Source: Myxococcales bacterium (GTDB lineage Bacteria > Myxococcota_A > Polyangia > Polyangiales > DASUME01). Taken from it: 64,000 nt of DNA. The notes under the pieces are model-generated. The model had not been told where the DNA came from. It worked only from the letters and a program-made list of their open reading frames with translations, and searched no databases. Location: assembly GCA_047601445.1 (NCBI GenBank), contig JASGJH010000001.1, positions 9,184,001 through 9,248,000 on the forward strand, read 5' to 3'. Made by a program: the position numbers and the translations under genes. Below, in pieces: positions 52,998 through 62,535 of this stretch (position 1 is the stretch's first letter; the number at the start of each line of letters is the position of its first letter).

Positions 52998-54170
52998 GTG
53001 AGGGCCGACGTCGTGCTTTCCCCTTTGCCATCTACTCGGTCGTCCAGGTGGATGGCGACATTGGCCCTCTGCTCTGCGCTCGCCTGCGCGGAATCGCCCG
53101 ATCCCAAGCCAACCACGGGGCACTTGCCTGCGGGTGGCGACGGTGACGGTGACGGTGACAGCTCGAATCCCGGCAACGGGGACGGTGCCGATGGCGACGG
53201 CGGTCACGCGCTCGATCCCCAGGACAATGAGCCGGACGCGTGCGCGGACATCGAGACCACGCCGGTGCGCACCGTGCCGAGCGTGGTGTTCTTGGTGGAT
53301 GGCTCGCTGAGCATGGTGTGCGAGTATCCAGGGAGCGAAACCTGCGATGGCCGCCAGGGGACTCCGGTCGGCGCCAAGTCGCGCTGGCAGGTGCTCTCCG
53401 AGGCGCTGGTGGGTAGCCCCGGTCAGCCCGGATTGGTCGAGAGTTTGGGCTCGGTCATTCGCTTCGGTCTATGGATCTACAATGACGATGCGAACACCAA
53501 CGTTTGCCCCGGCTTCCCTTCCAAGATTGATCCCGCGCTCAATCAGTCCCAGCTGATCACCCAATCGTTCCCGGCCACGCCTCCCGGCTTCAACACGCCC
53601 ACCGGCGTCGCGCTGGCTGCGCTGGTGGCCGCGCTGCCGGATCCGGTGCAGCGGGATCAGATGAAGCTCGGACCCCAACGCATCGTGCTCGCGACCGACG
53701 GTGAGCCCTTCGCATGCCAGAACCGCGAGACGCTCGAAAAGCCGCCGGTCGACTATCAGAGCGTGCTCGACGCAACGGCCCAGGCGGGTGCGAAGGACAT
53801 CAGCGTTTACGCGATGAGCCTGGCGCCAGCCACGGGCATGCAAGCCAATCACTTGCAGCAGGTGGCCGCGAGCGGGAACACCAAGCAGGCCTACACGCCC
53901 GCCAACACGGATCAGCTACGCGCGGCCCTCAACGACATCATCGAGGACGCCATCTCCTGCACGCTCGAGATCGAGGGCGAGATCAGCGATCCTTCGTCCT
54001 GCAAGGGCCAGGGCAAGCTCGGGGACAGCGTGCTGTTCTGCGGCCAGCCCAACGGGTTCAGCATCCTGGATGCGCATCATGTGCGTCTGGAGGGCACCGC
54101 GTGCGAGACCTTCAAGCGCGAACCGGGCATCCAGTTGTCCATGAAGTTCCCCTGTTGGCAGTTGCAGTAA
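52998..54170 (+). CDS. vWA-domain lipoprotein (CglB-like)
   Basis: GTG with GAGGA RBS; SALA-C lipobox; GD linker; MIDAS DGSLS, NTPTG, LATDGEP. Confidence 0.85.
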   Translation: MRADVVLSPLPSTRSSRWMATLALCSALACAESPDPKPTTGHLPAGGDGDGDGDSSNPGNGDGADGDGGHALDPQDNEPDACADIETTPVRTVPSVVFLVDGSLSMVCEYPGSETCDGRQGTPVGAKSRWQVLSEALVGSPGQPGLVESLGSVIRFGLWIYNDDANTNVCPGFPSKIDPALNQSQLITQSFPATPPGFNTPTGVALAALVAALPDPVQRDQMKLGPQRIVLATDGEPFACQNRETLEKPPVDYQSVLDATAQAGAKDISVYAMSLAPATGMQANHLQQVAASGNTKQAYTPANTDQLRAALNDIIEDAISCTLEIEGEISDPSSCKGQGKLGDSVLFCGQPNGFSILDAHHVRLEGTACETFKREPGIQLSMKFPCWQLQ

Positions 54171-54215
54171 GCTCGCCCGCTGGCGTAGGTCGCCGGTCAT
54201 TGCCACAGTGGCCGG

Positions 54216-55358
54216 ATGGACGAGAGCCAGCGACGCCAGGGACTGAGGCTCGAGCGCGTGCGCGCTTCGAACCAATTCGTGGAAGGCCGTTTCCGTAATC
54301 CGGGTGGCGCTTGGGCCAAGCCATCGGCGCCCTCGCTCTCTGTGATGGGGGAGTTCTTCTTCGGGCGCGGACAGCGCACGCCTCCCGTGCCGCTGCCGGT
54401 GGAGAGCCCCCTCGAGCGCTGGGGGACCAGCGTGCAGAGCGGGCTACGCGCGACGTGGCTCGGGCACAGTACGGTGCTGCTCGAGATGGACGGCAAGCGT
54501 GTGCTCACGGATCCCATCTTCGCCGAACGCAGCTCGCCCGTGAGCTTCGCGGGCCCGCGGCGTTTTCATCGCGTACCCGCCACGGTGGAGGAGCTGCCGC
54601 CGCTCGACGCCGTGCTGCTCTCGCACGATCACTTCGATCATCTGTGCAGCCGCACCATGACTGCGCTCGCCAAGCGCCGCGTGCCCGTGGTGACCGCGCT
54701 GGGCGTCGGGGCTCATCTGGAGCGCTTCGGTGTCGACCCTTCGCGCATCACCGAGCTCGATTGGCACGAGAGCACGGAGGTAGCGGGCATTCGCTTCACG
54801 GCCACGCCTTCGCAGCACTTCTCCGGACGCGGTGGCAGTAGCAATCGCACGCTCTGGGCGTCGTGGGTCATCGCCTCGGCGCGCCGCAAGGTCTTCTTCT
54901 CGGGCGACACGGGCCTCACGCCTGCGTTCCGCGAGATCGGACAGCAGCATGGGCCCTTCGACTTGATCATGTTGGAGGTCGGTGCGTTTCATCCCGCGTG
55001 GGGAGCGATTCACTTGGGCCCGGCCAATGCGCTCACGGCCTTCGAGTGGCTCGGAGGCGGCACGCTCTTGCCGGTGCACTGGGGAACGTTCAACCTGGCC
55101 TTGCACGACTGGGACGAGCCCGCAGAGACATTGTTTGCCCTCGCGAACGAGCGCGGTGCCCGGATCATCACGCCAGGCCTGGGCGCTCCCGTGGAGCCTG
55201 CGCACGTGGAAAGGGCGCACCCGTGGTGGCGAGCCATCTCCGCACGGGGCATCTCCGCACAAGCCACCTCCGCACGAAGCGGCGCACCCGAGCAGCGCGC
55301 AAGCGCGCAAGGCGCGCCGGAAGCCGCCAGCGACGGTCCCGAGGCGTCCCTGCGCTAG
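54216..55358 (+). CDS. MBL-fold metallo-hydrolase (RomA-like), paralog of 3963-5144 lacking the TM anchor
   Basis: TWLGHST, SHDHFDHL, PSQHFSGR, SGDTG, PVHWGTF. Confidence 0.9.
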   Translation: MDESQRRQGLRLERVRASNQFVEGRFRNPGGAWAKPSAPSLSVMGEFFFGRGQRTPPVPLPVESPLERWGTSVQSGLRATWLGHSTVLLEMDGKRVLTDPIFAERSSPVSFAGPRRFHRVPATVEELPPLDAVLLSHDHFDHLCSRTMTALAKRRVPVVTALGVGAHLERFGVDPSRITELDWHESTEVAGIRFTATPSQHFSGRGGSSNRTLWASWVIASARRKVFFSGDTGLTPAFREIGQQHGPFDLIMLEVGAFHPAWGAIHLGPANALTAFEWLGGGTLLPVHWGTFNLALHDWDEPAETLFALANERGARIITPGLGAPVEPAHVERAHPWWRAISARGISAQATSARSGAPEQRASAQGAPEAASDGPEASLR

Positions 55359-55481
55359 CTCACGCCCGAACTCGATGCGAGAGGCTGCAGAGGCGCCCCA
55401 GCAACGGTTGCGGTCGGGACATCCTCGCCCCGCAGCGAAACGTGCTTTGCGTGTGGGCAGGCGGCGTGCACTCTGTGAAGG

Positions 55482-56327
55482 ATGCGCCCGCGAACCGCCA
55501 AGTTCGGGTACGTGCTACTGGCGATGATGCCCGCCGTGCAGTGGCCGGTGTCCGACGGTCTGCGGGATACCGTGAGCTTCGCCGAGGTCCGCAGCAACTT
55601 CTGGGACGGCCTGATCGCTGGCGCGACTGTGCCCGACGGGGGAACCCGTGGCGCGCCCAACCCGCAGGGTACGAACGTCGAAGTCGTCGTGGGCGAGGAC
55701 GCGGGCGCGGAGGAGCTGGAGGACGCAGGGCTACCGGAGGACGCCGGCGCGCAAGCCGTGGGAGAGGACGCTGGCGCGGAGGACGCAGGGGCGGAGGATG
55801 CGGGCGAGGAGGATGCGGGTGACGCGGGCGAGGATGGGGGAGCGACTCCCATGCAAGCGCCCATGCCTCCAGTCGCGGTCGAGGTACGTCCGCCCAAGGG
55901 CAATCTGGTGTTCGGTGATCCCTCGATTTACCAGCTGACGGGTAGCGGCACGGGGTACGGCATCGGACCGGGCAGCACGGGCTACGGCAGCGGGCAGGGG
56001 GCCACGGGCGCCTGGATTGGCCCGGGCAGCACCGGCTTGGGCAGCGGTGAAGGGCACACGGGCGCCGGCATCGGACCGGGCAGCACGGGCTACGGCAGCG
56101 GTCAGGGAGCGACCGGTGACGGCATCGGTCCGAACACTGGCACCAAGGGCTTTGGCACGTGGATCGGCACGGGCGAGGGCTCCAGCACGACGGAGTTCGG
56201 AACCGGCGAGGGCATCGGTCCGAACACGGGGACCAAAGGCTTCGGCACGGGCATCGGCATCGGTCAGGACAGCACCGGGCGCGGCGCCAACGATGGCTTC
56301 TGGGATCGCGACGGCGGCGCGCGCTGA
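55482..56327 (+). CDS. Low-complexity protein with EDAG acidic repeats and Gly/Ser/Thr-rich tandem repeats
   Basis: Three 18-aa units (GIGPGSTGYGSGQGATGx) and two GIGPNTGTKGFGT units; differences between units are mostly synonymous in this frame. Confidence 0.75.
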   Translation: MRPRTAKFGYVLLAMMPAVQWPVSDGLRDTVSFAEVRSNFWDGLIAGATVPDGGTRGAPNPQGTNVEVVVGEDAGAEELEDAGLPEDAGAQAVGEDAGAEDAGAEDAGEEDAGDAGEDGGATPMQAPMPPVAVEVRPPKGNLVFGDPSIYQLTGSGTGYGIGPGSTGYGSGQGATGAWIGPGSTGLGSGEGHTGAGIGPGSTGYGSGQGATGDGIGPNTGTKGFGTWIGTGEGSSTTEFGTGEGIGPNTGTKGFGTGIGIGQDSTGRGANDGFWDRDGGAR

Positions 56328-56329
56328 TC

Positions 56330-56995
56330 TCAGAGCGTGACGTTGAGCGGGATGTTGTGGGTGGCGCCTTCGTTGAGCGTGAGATCGGAGACCGTGATCT
56401 CCGCGCGCTGAGACTTCACCTTGGCCTCGTAGCGCCCGGGCGAGACCGACACGTAGTCCGGGGCGCCCGAGACGAGCTTGGCGACCACCTTGCCGTCCTT
56501 GGTGAGCGAAACGACCGCCGTGGGATTGACTTTGCCCTTGATGGTCACGGTCACGCGCACCAACGAACGCGCGAAGCTCAGGTTCTCGGTGGCTTCCTGG
56601 CCTGGCTCGAGCGTCACGCTCTGGGTCATCGTGGGCAAATCGATGATGGCCTTGGGATCGGTGATGGTGGCTTCGATCAATAGGTCGCCCGATTGCACGT
56701 CGAGCGGCTGCCCGGCTTTGCCCTCGGCCAGCACGTTGCCGTCTTCGCTCATGACCTTCACGTTGGCCGACGCGGTGTCGCGACCGACCTTGGCCACCAC
56801 CGTCAGCTTGGCGGGTCCGCTCGCGGGCTCACTCGGTGCGGCCTGCTCCTCCGCGGCGGCCTCTTCGGCCGGCTCGCTCACGGCTTCGCCGCCCGTCGCG
56901 GCGGCTTCTGGGGCCGGCGTGCTCTCGGGCGCGGCCTTTCCGCCACAGGCCAACAGCAGCAGTCCGAGCCCAACGTTCAGCGTGATGCGCTTCAT
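56330..56995 (-). CDS. Lipoprotein with two beta-sandwich-like domains
   Basis: MKRITLNVGLGLLLLA-C; Ala/Glu/Pro linker; VSPGRYEAKV; GGGGA RBS. Confidence 0.8.
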   Translation of the reverse strand: MKRITLNVGLGLLLLACGGKAAPESTPAPEAAATGGEAVSEPAEEAAAEEQAAPSEPASGPAKLTVVAKVGRDTASANVKVMSEDGNVLAEGKAGQPLDVQSGDLLIEATITDPKAIIDLPTMTQSVTLEPGQEATENLSFARSLVRVTVTIKGKVNPTAVVSLTKDGKVVAKLVSGAPDYVSVSPGRYEAKVKSQRAEITVSDLTLNEGATHNIPLNVTL

Positions 56996-57043
56996 GATTC
57001 CCCCTGGTCTCCCAGGATAACCCGGCCTCGCCGGGATGGGGCA

Positions 57044-58048
57044 CTACTTCAACGCGCTGACCGGGGCTGGCACGTCCGCAACTTGCCTTGCCAACCAATC
57101 CAGGTTCGGCGCCAGCGCCCAGGGCTGGCGGCCGCTCTGCCACGCTGGATCGAGGCCGTCGTAGCTGGAGCAGTAGGTGTTGGCCTTGTTGAAAAAGTAG
57201 CAGTGGTCGGCGCTGCCGTCGGCGAGCTCCCGGTTCTCGATGATGACCCAGCCGCTGCCGTCTGCTTGCTCGCAGCGCGTGGCATCGGGGCACTGCGCGC
57301 CCACCACTTTCTGCAGCTGCTTGCGCACGCCCGCGCGGTTCCCGCCGAAGAAGAGGTCGGCCTCGCCGTTCACCGAGCGCAGCGCGCGCGGGGCGAGGGA
57401 GGTGCTGGCATCGTCGGCGCAACGGCTCACGTCGATGCTGTTGAGCGCCCGGTCGCCGTGTCCCATCAAGTAGGCCGCGCGCACCTGCGGATGGGCGTTG
57501 CCGGACAGCGCCGCCAAGTTCGCGCCTTGGCTGAAGCCAGCGACCACGATGCCGCGGGTACAGTCGGCCTTCGCGCGCGCGCACAGCTGGCTCAGCGCGC
57601 TGGTCTTGGCGCTGGCGTCGAAGATGCACTTGGCCTTGGCCGTCATGGCGGGGCAATAGGGGTAGGCGGAATTGTCGTAGTCCACCGCCGCCGCCACGAA
57701 ACCGCGCTTGGCCATCTCGTGCGTGATGAGCTGCGCTTCGGGACCGTTGAACTTCATCAGCGTGCCCGTGAGATAGACGAACACGGGGTACTTGCCCTCG
57801 GGCTTGGGCTCGAAGCCTGAGATGTCGCGAGCGCTGGACTTCTCGCTCTCATTGGCAACGCAATCTCGGTAGGCCGCCTGCATCGTGAAGCGAGCGAGCT
57901 TGGCGTCGGCCGTGAGAGCGGGAGCGCGCTGGGCTTCGGCGCCGGCCTCCCAGGGCTTGCCACGCGAGCCGGCTGGCGGGTCGGCGAAGGAGGTGGCGCC
58001 AGGAATGAGTACGGCCAGGATGCACGGGAGCCAGCGCAGGAAACGCAT
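57044..58048 (-). CDS. Secreted Cys-rich alpha/beta hydrolase
   Basis: Signal peptide; YPVFVYLTG; GFSQG elbow; GEAD; ADHC. Confidence 0.8.
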   Translation of the reverse strand: MRFLRWLPCILAVLIPGATSFADPPAGSRGKPWEAGAEAQRAPALTADAKLARFTMQAAYRDCVANESEKSSARDISGFEPKPEGKYPVFVYLTGTLMKFNGPEAQLITHEMAKRGFVAAAVDYDNSAYPYCPAMTAKAKCIFDASAKTSALSQLCARAKADCTRGIVVAGFSQGANLAALSGNAHPQVRAAYLMGHGDRALNSIDVSRCADDASTSLAPRALRSVNGEADLFFGGNRAGVRKQLQKVVGAQCPDATRCEQADGSGWVIIENRELADGSADHCYFFNKANTYCSSYDGLDPAWQSGRQPWALAPNLDWLARQVADVPAPVSALK

Positions 58049-58122
58049 CGCGTGAGCTTACCCGGCGCGGACCACGCAGGGCAGGGCGGTCGCTGCCACC
58101 ACAGGCAACTTGGCCCCGTCTA

Positions 58123-59043
58123 TCAAGCGCTTGGCGCCCGTTGTGCGCGCGCGGCGATGGCGAGCGTGGCCGGGGACACCGCCAGGTAGGCGAGGGCCTC
58201 GGCCGTGTCGGCCTCCGCGTCCGGGTGGTAGCTGGGCCGCAGATAGCGCGCGGCGGACCCCAAGAGCAGTCCCATGCTCGGCAAGAGCTGCGCCTTGGCG
58301 GCCCGGTGCCAGTCGAGAAAGACACTGCGGGAGGGCGCCGCGCCGGGCGAGCGACGCAAAAAGTACTGGGTACCACGCGACCACAGCACGAGCAGGATCG
58401 GCGCCACCAAGATCATCAAGATCAAGCGGTACAAATAGCCTCCGCCCATGTGCACGAACAGGTCGTGGGCCACGTGTCGGTGCTCCACCTCCTCTGCGCC
58501 GTGCCAGCGCAGCAGATCCAGCATCACCGGGTCTGCGTTCGCTTCGTCGAGCGCCTTGGCATCGAGCACCCACTTGCCGATCACGCAGGTGAAGTGCTCG
58601 ATGGCCGCGATGACTCCAAGCCTGAACAGCAGCCACTGGCGCACCAGGAAGGGCATGGCGAGCGTGAGCCCGAGCGGGTGCTCACCCAGCAGCTTGGTGA
58701 ACAGCCAGCGCACGCGATCGGTGTAGGGCGCGGTGTCGATGTGGTGCGCTCGATAGTAGTGCTCGAGCACGGCGCGATGAGCCTTGCCGTGGATGGCTTC
58801 CTGCTGGATGAAGCCGCGTACGTCCTGCGCCACCTGTCCATCGGTGATGGCCGGCAGGGCCTTGTTGTAGACCCGGCAGAACCACAGCTCGCCCTCCGGC
58901 AAGAGCAGGTGAAGCACGTTGATGAAGTGCGTCACGAAAGGGTTGCCAGGCAACCAGTGCAGGGGCGTGCGCTGCCAATCGAAACGCACGGGCCTAGCCG
59001 CGAGGAGCGGACGCTCCTCGGCGCGTTCAGTCGCAAGATTCAC
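58123..59043 (-). CDS. Predicted metal-dependent hydrolase (PF10118-like, ferritin-like fold)
   Basis: LLPEGELWF, FIQQEAIH, IEHFT, WHGAEEVEHRHVAHD; GGAGG RBS. Confidence 0.88.
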   Translation of the reverse strand: MNLATERAEERPLLAARPVRFDWQRTPLHWLPGNPFVTHFINVLHLLLPEGELWFCRVYNKALPAITDGQVAQDVRGFIQQEAIHGKAHRAVLEHYYRAHHIDTAPYTDRVRWLFTKLLGEHPLGLTLAMPFLVRQWLLFRLGVIAAIEHFTCVIGKWVLDAKALDEANADPVMLDLLRWHGAEEVEHRHVAHDLFVHMGGGYLYRLILMILVAPILLVLWSRGTQYFLRRSPGAAPSRSVFLDWHRAAKAQLLPSMGLLLGSAARYLRPSYHPDAEADTAEALAYLAVSPATLAIAARAQRAPSA

Positions 59044-59085
59044 TTGGACCTCCAGTCAGTTCTCGGTGCGAGTGGTACGGGCGAC

Positions 59086-60828
59086 TTACTTTGGAGTCAT
59101 GTCGATGCGGGCCACCATGCGAGATAGGCCCGGGGAAAGGCGCGACATCAAGTGCGCGCCGAGCGCTTCAGCGCCGATCAATGCGACCGGCTGGTTCTTG
59201 CGAATGGCGCGCAGGATGGCGCGCGTGACCTTCTCGGGCGTGAATCCACGCAGCTGGTACAGCCGCTGCGCGTTGTTTCGCCGGCGCGCCTGCTCGCGCG
59301 CGTCCACACCGGTGTAGAGCGTGGCGTTGGCGATGCCGGTCTCCACGAAGCCCGGGCAGGCAGCGCTGACCCCGATGCCGAGCGGCGCGAGCTCGGCGCG
59401 CAGGCACTCGGTGAGCATCAACGTGGCCGCCTTGGTAGTGGCGTAGGCCGGATACGTGCGCGAGGGAGCGAAGGCTGCCGCGGAGGCCACGTTCACGATG
59501 TGGCCGCCATTCCCGAGCTCGGCCATCTGCCTTCCGAACAGGCGTGAGCCATGGATCACGCCCCACAGGTTCACGCGCAAGATGCGCTCCCAGTGCTCGA
59601 CGGAGGTCTCGAGTACGCCGCCCGCCATGCCGATGCCCGCGTTGTTGATCACCACGTCCGGGGTGCCGAGTTGTGCGTGCACCCAGTGCGCGAACTGCTC
59701 CATCGCCTGGGCGTCGCCCACGTCGACCGTGTACGCGTGGGCCTCGGCACCGAGCAGGCGCGCCAGCACCGCGGTGCGCTCGGCGGACGCGGCGTCCACA
59801 TCGGCCGCCACCACGACGCCGCCTTGTTCGGCCACCGCGAGCGCCATGGAGCGTCCGATGCCGGAGCCACCGCCCGTCACCACCACGAGCTTGCCCGAGT
59901 AGGGCTTGAGCTCCGCGCCGACCCGTGCGCGCCGCAGCGGGCCGGACTCGACGCCGCTGTCCACGGAGTTCACGAAGTCGCGCACGTAGTCCGCGACCAG
60001 CCCCGGGTTCTTCAGCGGCAACCAGTGGCCACCTTGCACCTCGCGTCGCCACAGCTGTGGTACCCACGCCGTGAGCTGCTCCGAGAGCGCCGGGCTCACG
60101 TAGAGATCGTCCTGAGGCGCGATGACCTGCACGGGCGCCTGCGCCACGCGGCGGCGCGGGAACAGGAGGGCCCGCAGAAAATTCGCGCGGTACATCGCCA
60201 CGCCCCGTGAGCCGTCGTCGCTCTGTGTCGGCGACGCCTCCGCCTGCACGCGCTCGGTCCACCACAGCAGCCGCGGCCAGAGTCGCGCGAGTCCGAGCCG
60301 CCAGGCGAGGCCCGCCGCCGGCAAGTGGAACGCCATCACGTACCAGGAGCGCACCAGCTGCAGCACGAGCTTGCGCAAGTTGCCGAGGGAAGGGCGGCGC
60401 AGCTGGGCTCGAATCCAGTGCGCGGCGTGGTCCAGGCAGGGGCCGCTGATGGAGGTGAAGGACGCGATGCGTCCCTTGAAATCGCTCGACGTCACCGATT
60501 CCCAGCTGTGGATGGAACCCCAGTCGTGCCCCACCACATGCACCGGGCGCCCGGGACTCACGTGATCGATCACCGCGCGTAGGTCCTGAGTGAACTCGTC
60601 GAGCCGATAGCTCTTGGTGGCCCGCGGTGCGTCCGAGTTGCCCGCGCCGCGCACGTCGAAGGCGACCACGTGGTGATCGCGCGCCAAATCCTCGGCGACC
60701 TTGGTCCACACCGTGTGGGTGTCCGGGTAGCCGTGCACGAGCAGCACCACGGGGCGCCCCGTGTCGCCCCAGCTCACGAGCCGCAGCTTCTGGGCTCCCG
60801 CCCGCAGTTCGGAGGATTGGCCGCTCAT
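59086..60828 (-). CDS. EphD-like fusion: alpha/beta hydrolase + SDR oxidoreductase
   Basis: VHGYPD, GHDWGS; TGGGSGIG, NNAGIG, YATTK; ATGA overlap with the upstream gene. Confidence 0.92.
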   Translation of the reverse strand: MSGQSSELRAGAQKLRLVSWGDTGRPVVLLVHGYPDTHTVWTKVAEDLARDHHVVAFDVRGAGNSDAPRATKSYRLDEFTQDLRAVIDHVSPGRPVHVVGHDWGSIHSWESVTSSDFKGRIASFTSISGPCLDHAAHWIRAQLRRPSLGNLRKLVLQLVRSWYVMAFHLPAAGLAWRLGLARLWPRLLWWTERVQAEASPTQSDDGSRGVAMYRANFLRALLFPRRRVAQAPVQVIAPQDDLYVSPALSEQLTAWVPQLWRREVQGGHWLPLKNPGLVADYVRDFVNSVDSGVESGPLRRARVGAELKPYSGKLVVVTGGGSGIGRSMALAVAEQGGVVVAADVDAASAERTAVLARLLGAEAHAYTVDVGDAQAMEQFAHWVHAQLGTPDVVINNAGIGMAGGVLETSVEHWERILRVNLWGVIHGSRLFGRQMAELGNGGHIVNVASAAAFAPSRTYPAYATTKAATLMLTECLRAELAPLGIGVSAACPGFVETGIANATLYTGVDAREQARRRNNAQRLYQLRGFTPEKVTRAILRAIRKNQPVALIGAEALGAHLMSRLSPGLSRMVARIDMTPK

Positions 60829-61691
60829 GGGCCCTGCACCGCGCCGAGGGTCGCGCTCTTTTGACGTTCGTTCCAGCGCTTCACGTGGGGCAGGTCGTCG
60901 TCGAGCCAGTAGGCATCGTGGTCGGTGATCACCAGGATTTCCTCGAACTTGGCGCCGACACCGCGGAAGCCGAGATGGGGCTCCACGGCCCAGAAGCCGA
61001 CCACTGGCGCATGATCGGAGCGCTTGGCGCTCGACCACAGGGGCGACCAACCTTCGCCGCGTCCTTTGCGGGCGTCGGAGGCGAGGCCCGAGAGGGCTTT
61101 GGTTCCGAAGCGCATCAAGTTGAAGCTGCGCTTCTGCGGATCCAGCGCACTCACGCGATGGGCCAGCACCGAGAACGGATAGGCCTTGTGCCGCGGCTCC
61201 ACGCCCTGCTTCATGCACAGCGCATCCACCGCGCGGCTCACCTCGGCCATGCTGCGACGCTCCTTCACCAGCTTCACGATCAGCGCGCGGTGCGCGGCCA
61301 GATCGTCCATCAGTAGATCGAGCGCGGCGTTCTCGCCGAGGCAGCCGCTGTAGCCGATGTCTCCCACCGCCCCGTCCACCGAGGGCGCACAGTCGAGAAT
61401 GAACGGCATGTTTGGCTCGAGCCTGCGGCCGGTGGGGAAGAAGCCCGGATGGAAGCCCCCGAAACCGCGGAAGGCCGTGCGGTCTCCGAACCAGGCGAAG
61501 GGCTGATGGAACCACTCCTTCACGCCGTGATCGAGCAGCCAGCCCTTCATGAACTTGGCGACTTCGCGCTCGGTCATGCCGGGCTTCATCATCGCGACCG
61601 CGGCGGAGGCGCAGTCGTAGGCCAGGCGCTGAGCCCTGCGGAAGCGTTGGAGCTCACTGTTTTCGGGGGCGCTGGGGGCGGTGGCTGCCAT
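60825..61691 (-). CDS. M24-family metallopeptidase-like protein (catalytic domain only)
   Basis: KPGMTEREV, ILDCAP, GDIG, LAHRV, AVEPH, KFEEILVIT: D-D-H-E-E ligand pattern. Confidence 0.85.
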   Translation of the reverse strand: MAATAPSAPENSELQRFRRAQRLAYDCASAAVAMMKPGMTEREVAKFMKGWLLDHGVKEWFHQPFAWFGDRTAFRGFGGFHPGFFPTGRRLEPNMPFILDCAPSVDGAVGDIGYSGCLGENAALDLLMDDLAAHRALIVKLVKERRSMAEVSRAVDALCMKQGVEPRHKAYPFSVLAHRVSALDPQKRSFNLMRFGTKALSGLASDARKGRGEGWSPLWSSAKRSDHAPVVGFWAVEPHLGFRGVGAKFEEILVITDHDAYWLDDDLPHVKRWNERQKSATLGAVQGP

Positions 61692-61725
61692 GGGGGACCT
61701 CGTTCCGTGCGGGGCGCGTGAGAAG

Positions 61726-61754
61726 TTACTTGAGAGTAAGTTACTTGCGGGTAA
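61726..61754. promoter_or_regulatory. Tandem palindromic operator TTACTTGAGAGTAA-G-TTACTTGCGGGTAA
   Basis: Two TTAC-N6-GTAA palindromes with a 15-bp period, between the divergent TetR gene and the operon. Confidence 0.75.
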
Positions 61755-61811
61755 TATCGTGTCAAGGCCTTGCTCGCCAGGGCTCCAAAATCCAAGGTGG
61801 TCTGCTCCGAG

Positions 61812-62495
61812 ATGTCCAACCAGCCTCGCTCGTCTGCCCGCACCCCATCCTCACGCGCTTCGTCTGCCCGTCAGCGCCGTTTGCCGCGCGCCGAGCGCGA
61901 GCTGCAAATGCTCGAGGTCGCCGGCAAGCTGTTCGGGGAGAAGGGCTACGACGCCACCTCCATGGACGACATCGCCGCCGCCTGCGGCGTGACCAAGCCG
62001 ATGCTCTACGCCTACTACGGCTCGAAAGAGGGGCTCTACAAGGCGCTGGTCGCCCGTGCCGGCACGTACGTCGTCACCGCCATCACGGAGCTCACTGCCG
62101 AGAAGGATCCGCGCGCTCGCATGCACAAGGCGGCCGACTCCATGATCGCCTTCGTCGACAAGTACCGCGACAGTTGGCAGATGGTGTTCACCGGCGGCAA
62201 GCGCCTGCAGGAGCTGCCCAACATCGCCGTCTTCCGCGAGCAGGTGCTCAATGTCACCTGCGCGACGCTCGCGCAGTTTCGGCCCAAGGAGTTCCCCAAG
62301 GATCGCGCGCGCAAGCTCGTGGTGCCCTACGCCCACGTGTTCTTGGGAGCGGCCGAAGCGGGCGCCCAGTGGTGGTTGACGACGCCTGGGGTCACCATCC
62401 CCGAGGTGAAGAAGCTCGCCTCCGACGTGATCGAGTCCACCATCGCCATGGTGAAGGCCCAGCTAAGTGCGGCGCACAGCGAGTCGACTTCCTGA
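61812..62495 (+). CDS. TetR/AcrR family transcriptional regulator
   Basis: LFGEKGYDATSMDDIAAACGVTKPMLYAYYGSKEGLY HTH. Confidence 0.93.
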   Translation: MSNQPRSSARTPSSRASSARQRRLPRAERELQMLEVAGKLFGEKGYDATSMDDIAAACGVTKPMLYAYYGSKEGLYKALVARAGTYVVTAITELTAEKDPRARMHKAADSMIAFVDKYRDSWQMVFTGGKRLQELPNIAVFREQVLNVTCATLAQFRPKEFPKDRARKLVVPYAHVFLGAAEAGAQWWLTTPGVTIPEVKKLASDVIESTIAMVKAQLSAAHSESTS

Positions 62496-62535
62496 GCCCG
62501 CGTAAGGGCGGAGCTTCGCTGGCGGATGCCGCGAC

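Noticed and set aside
55482..56327. RiPP precursor with repeated core peptides
   Set aside because: No adjacent maturase, protease or transporter genes, and no recognisable leader.
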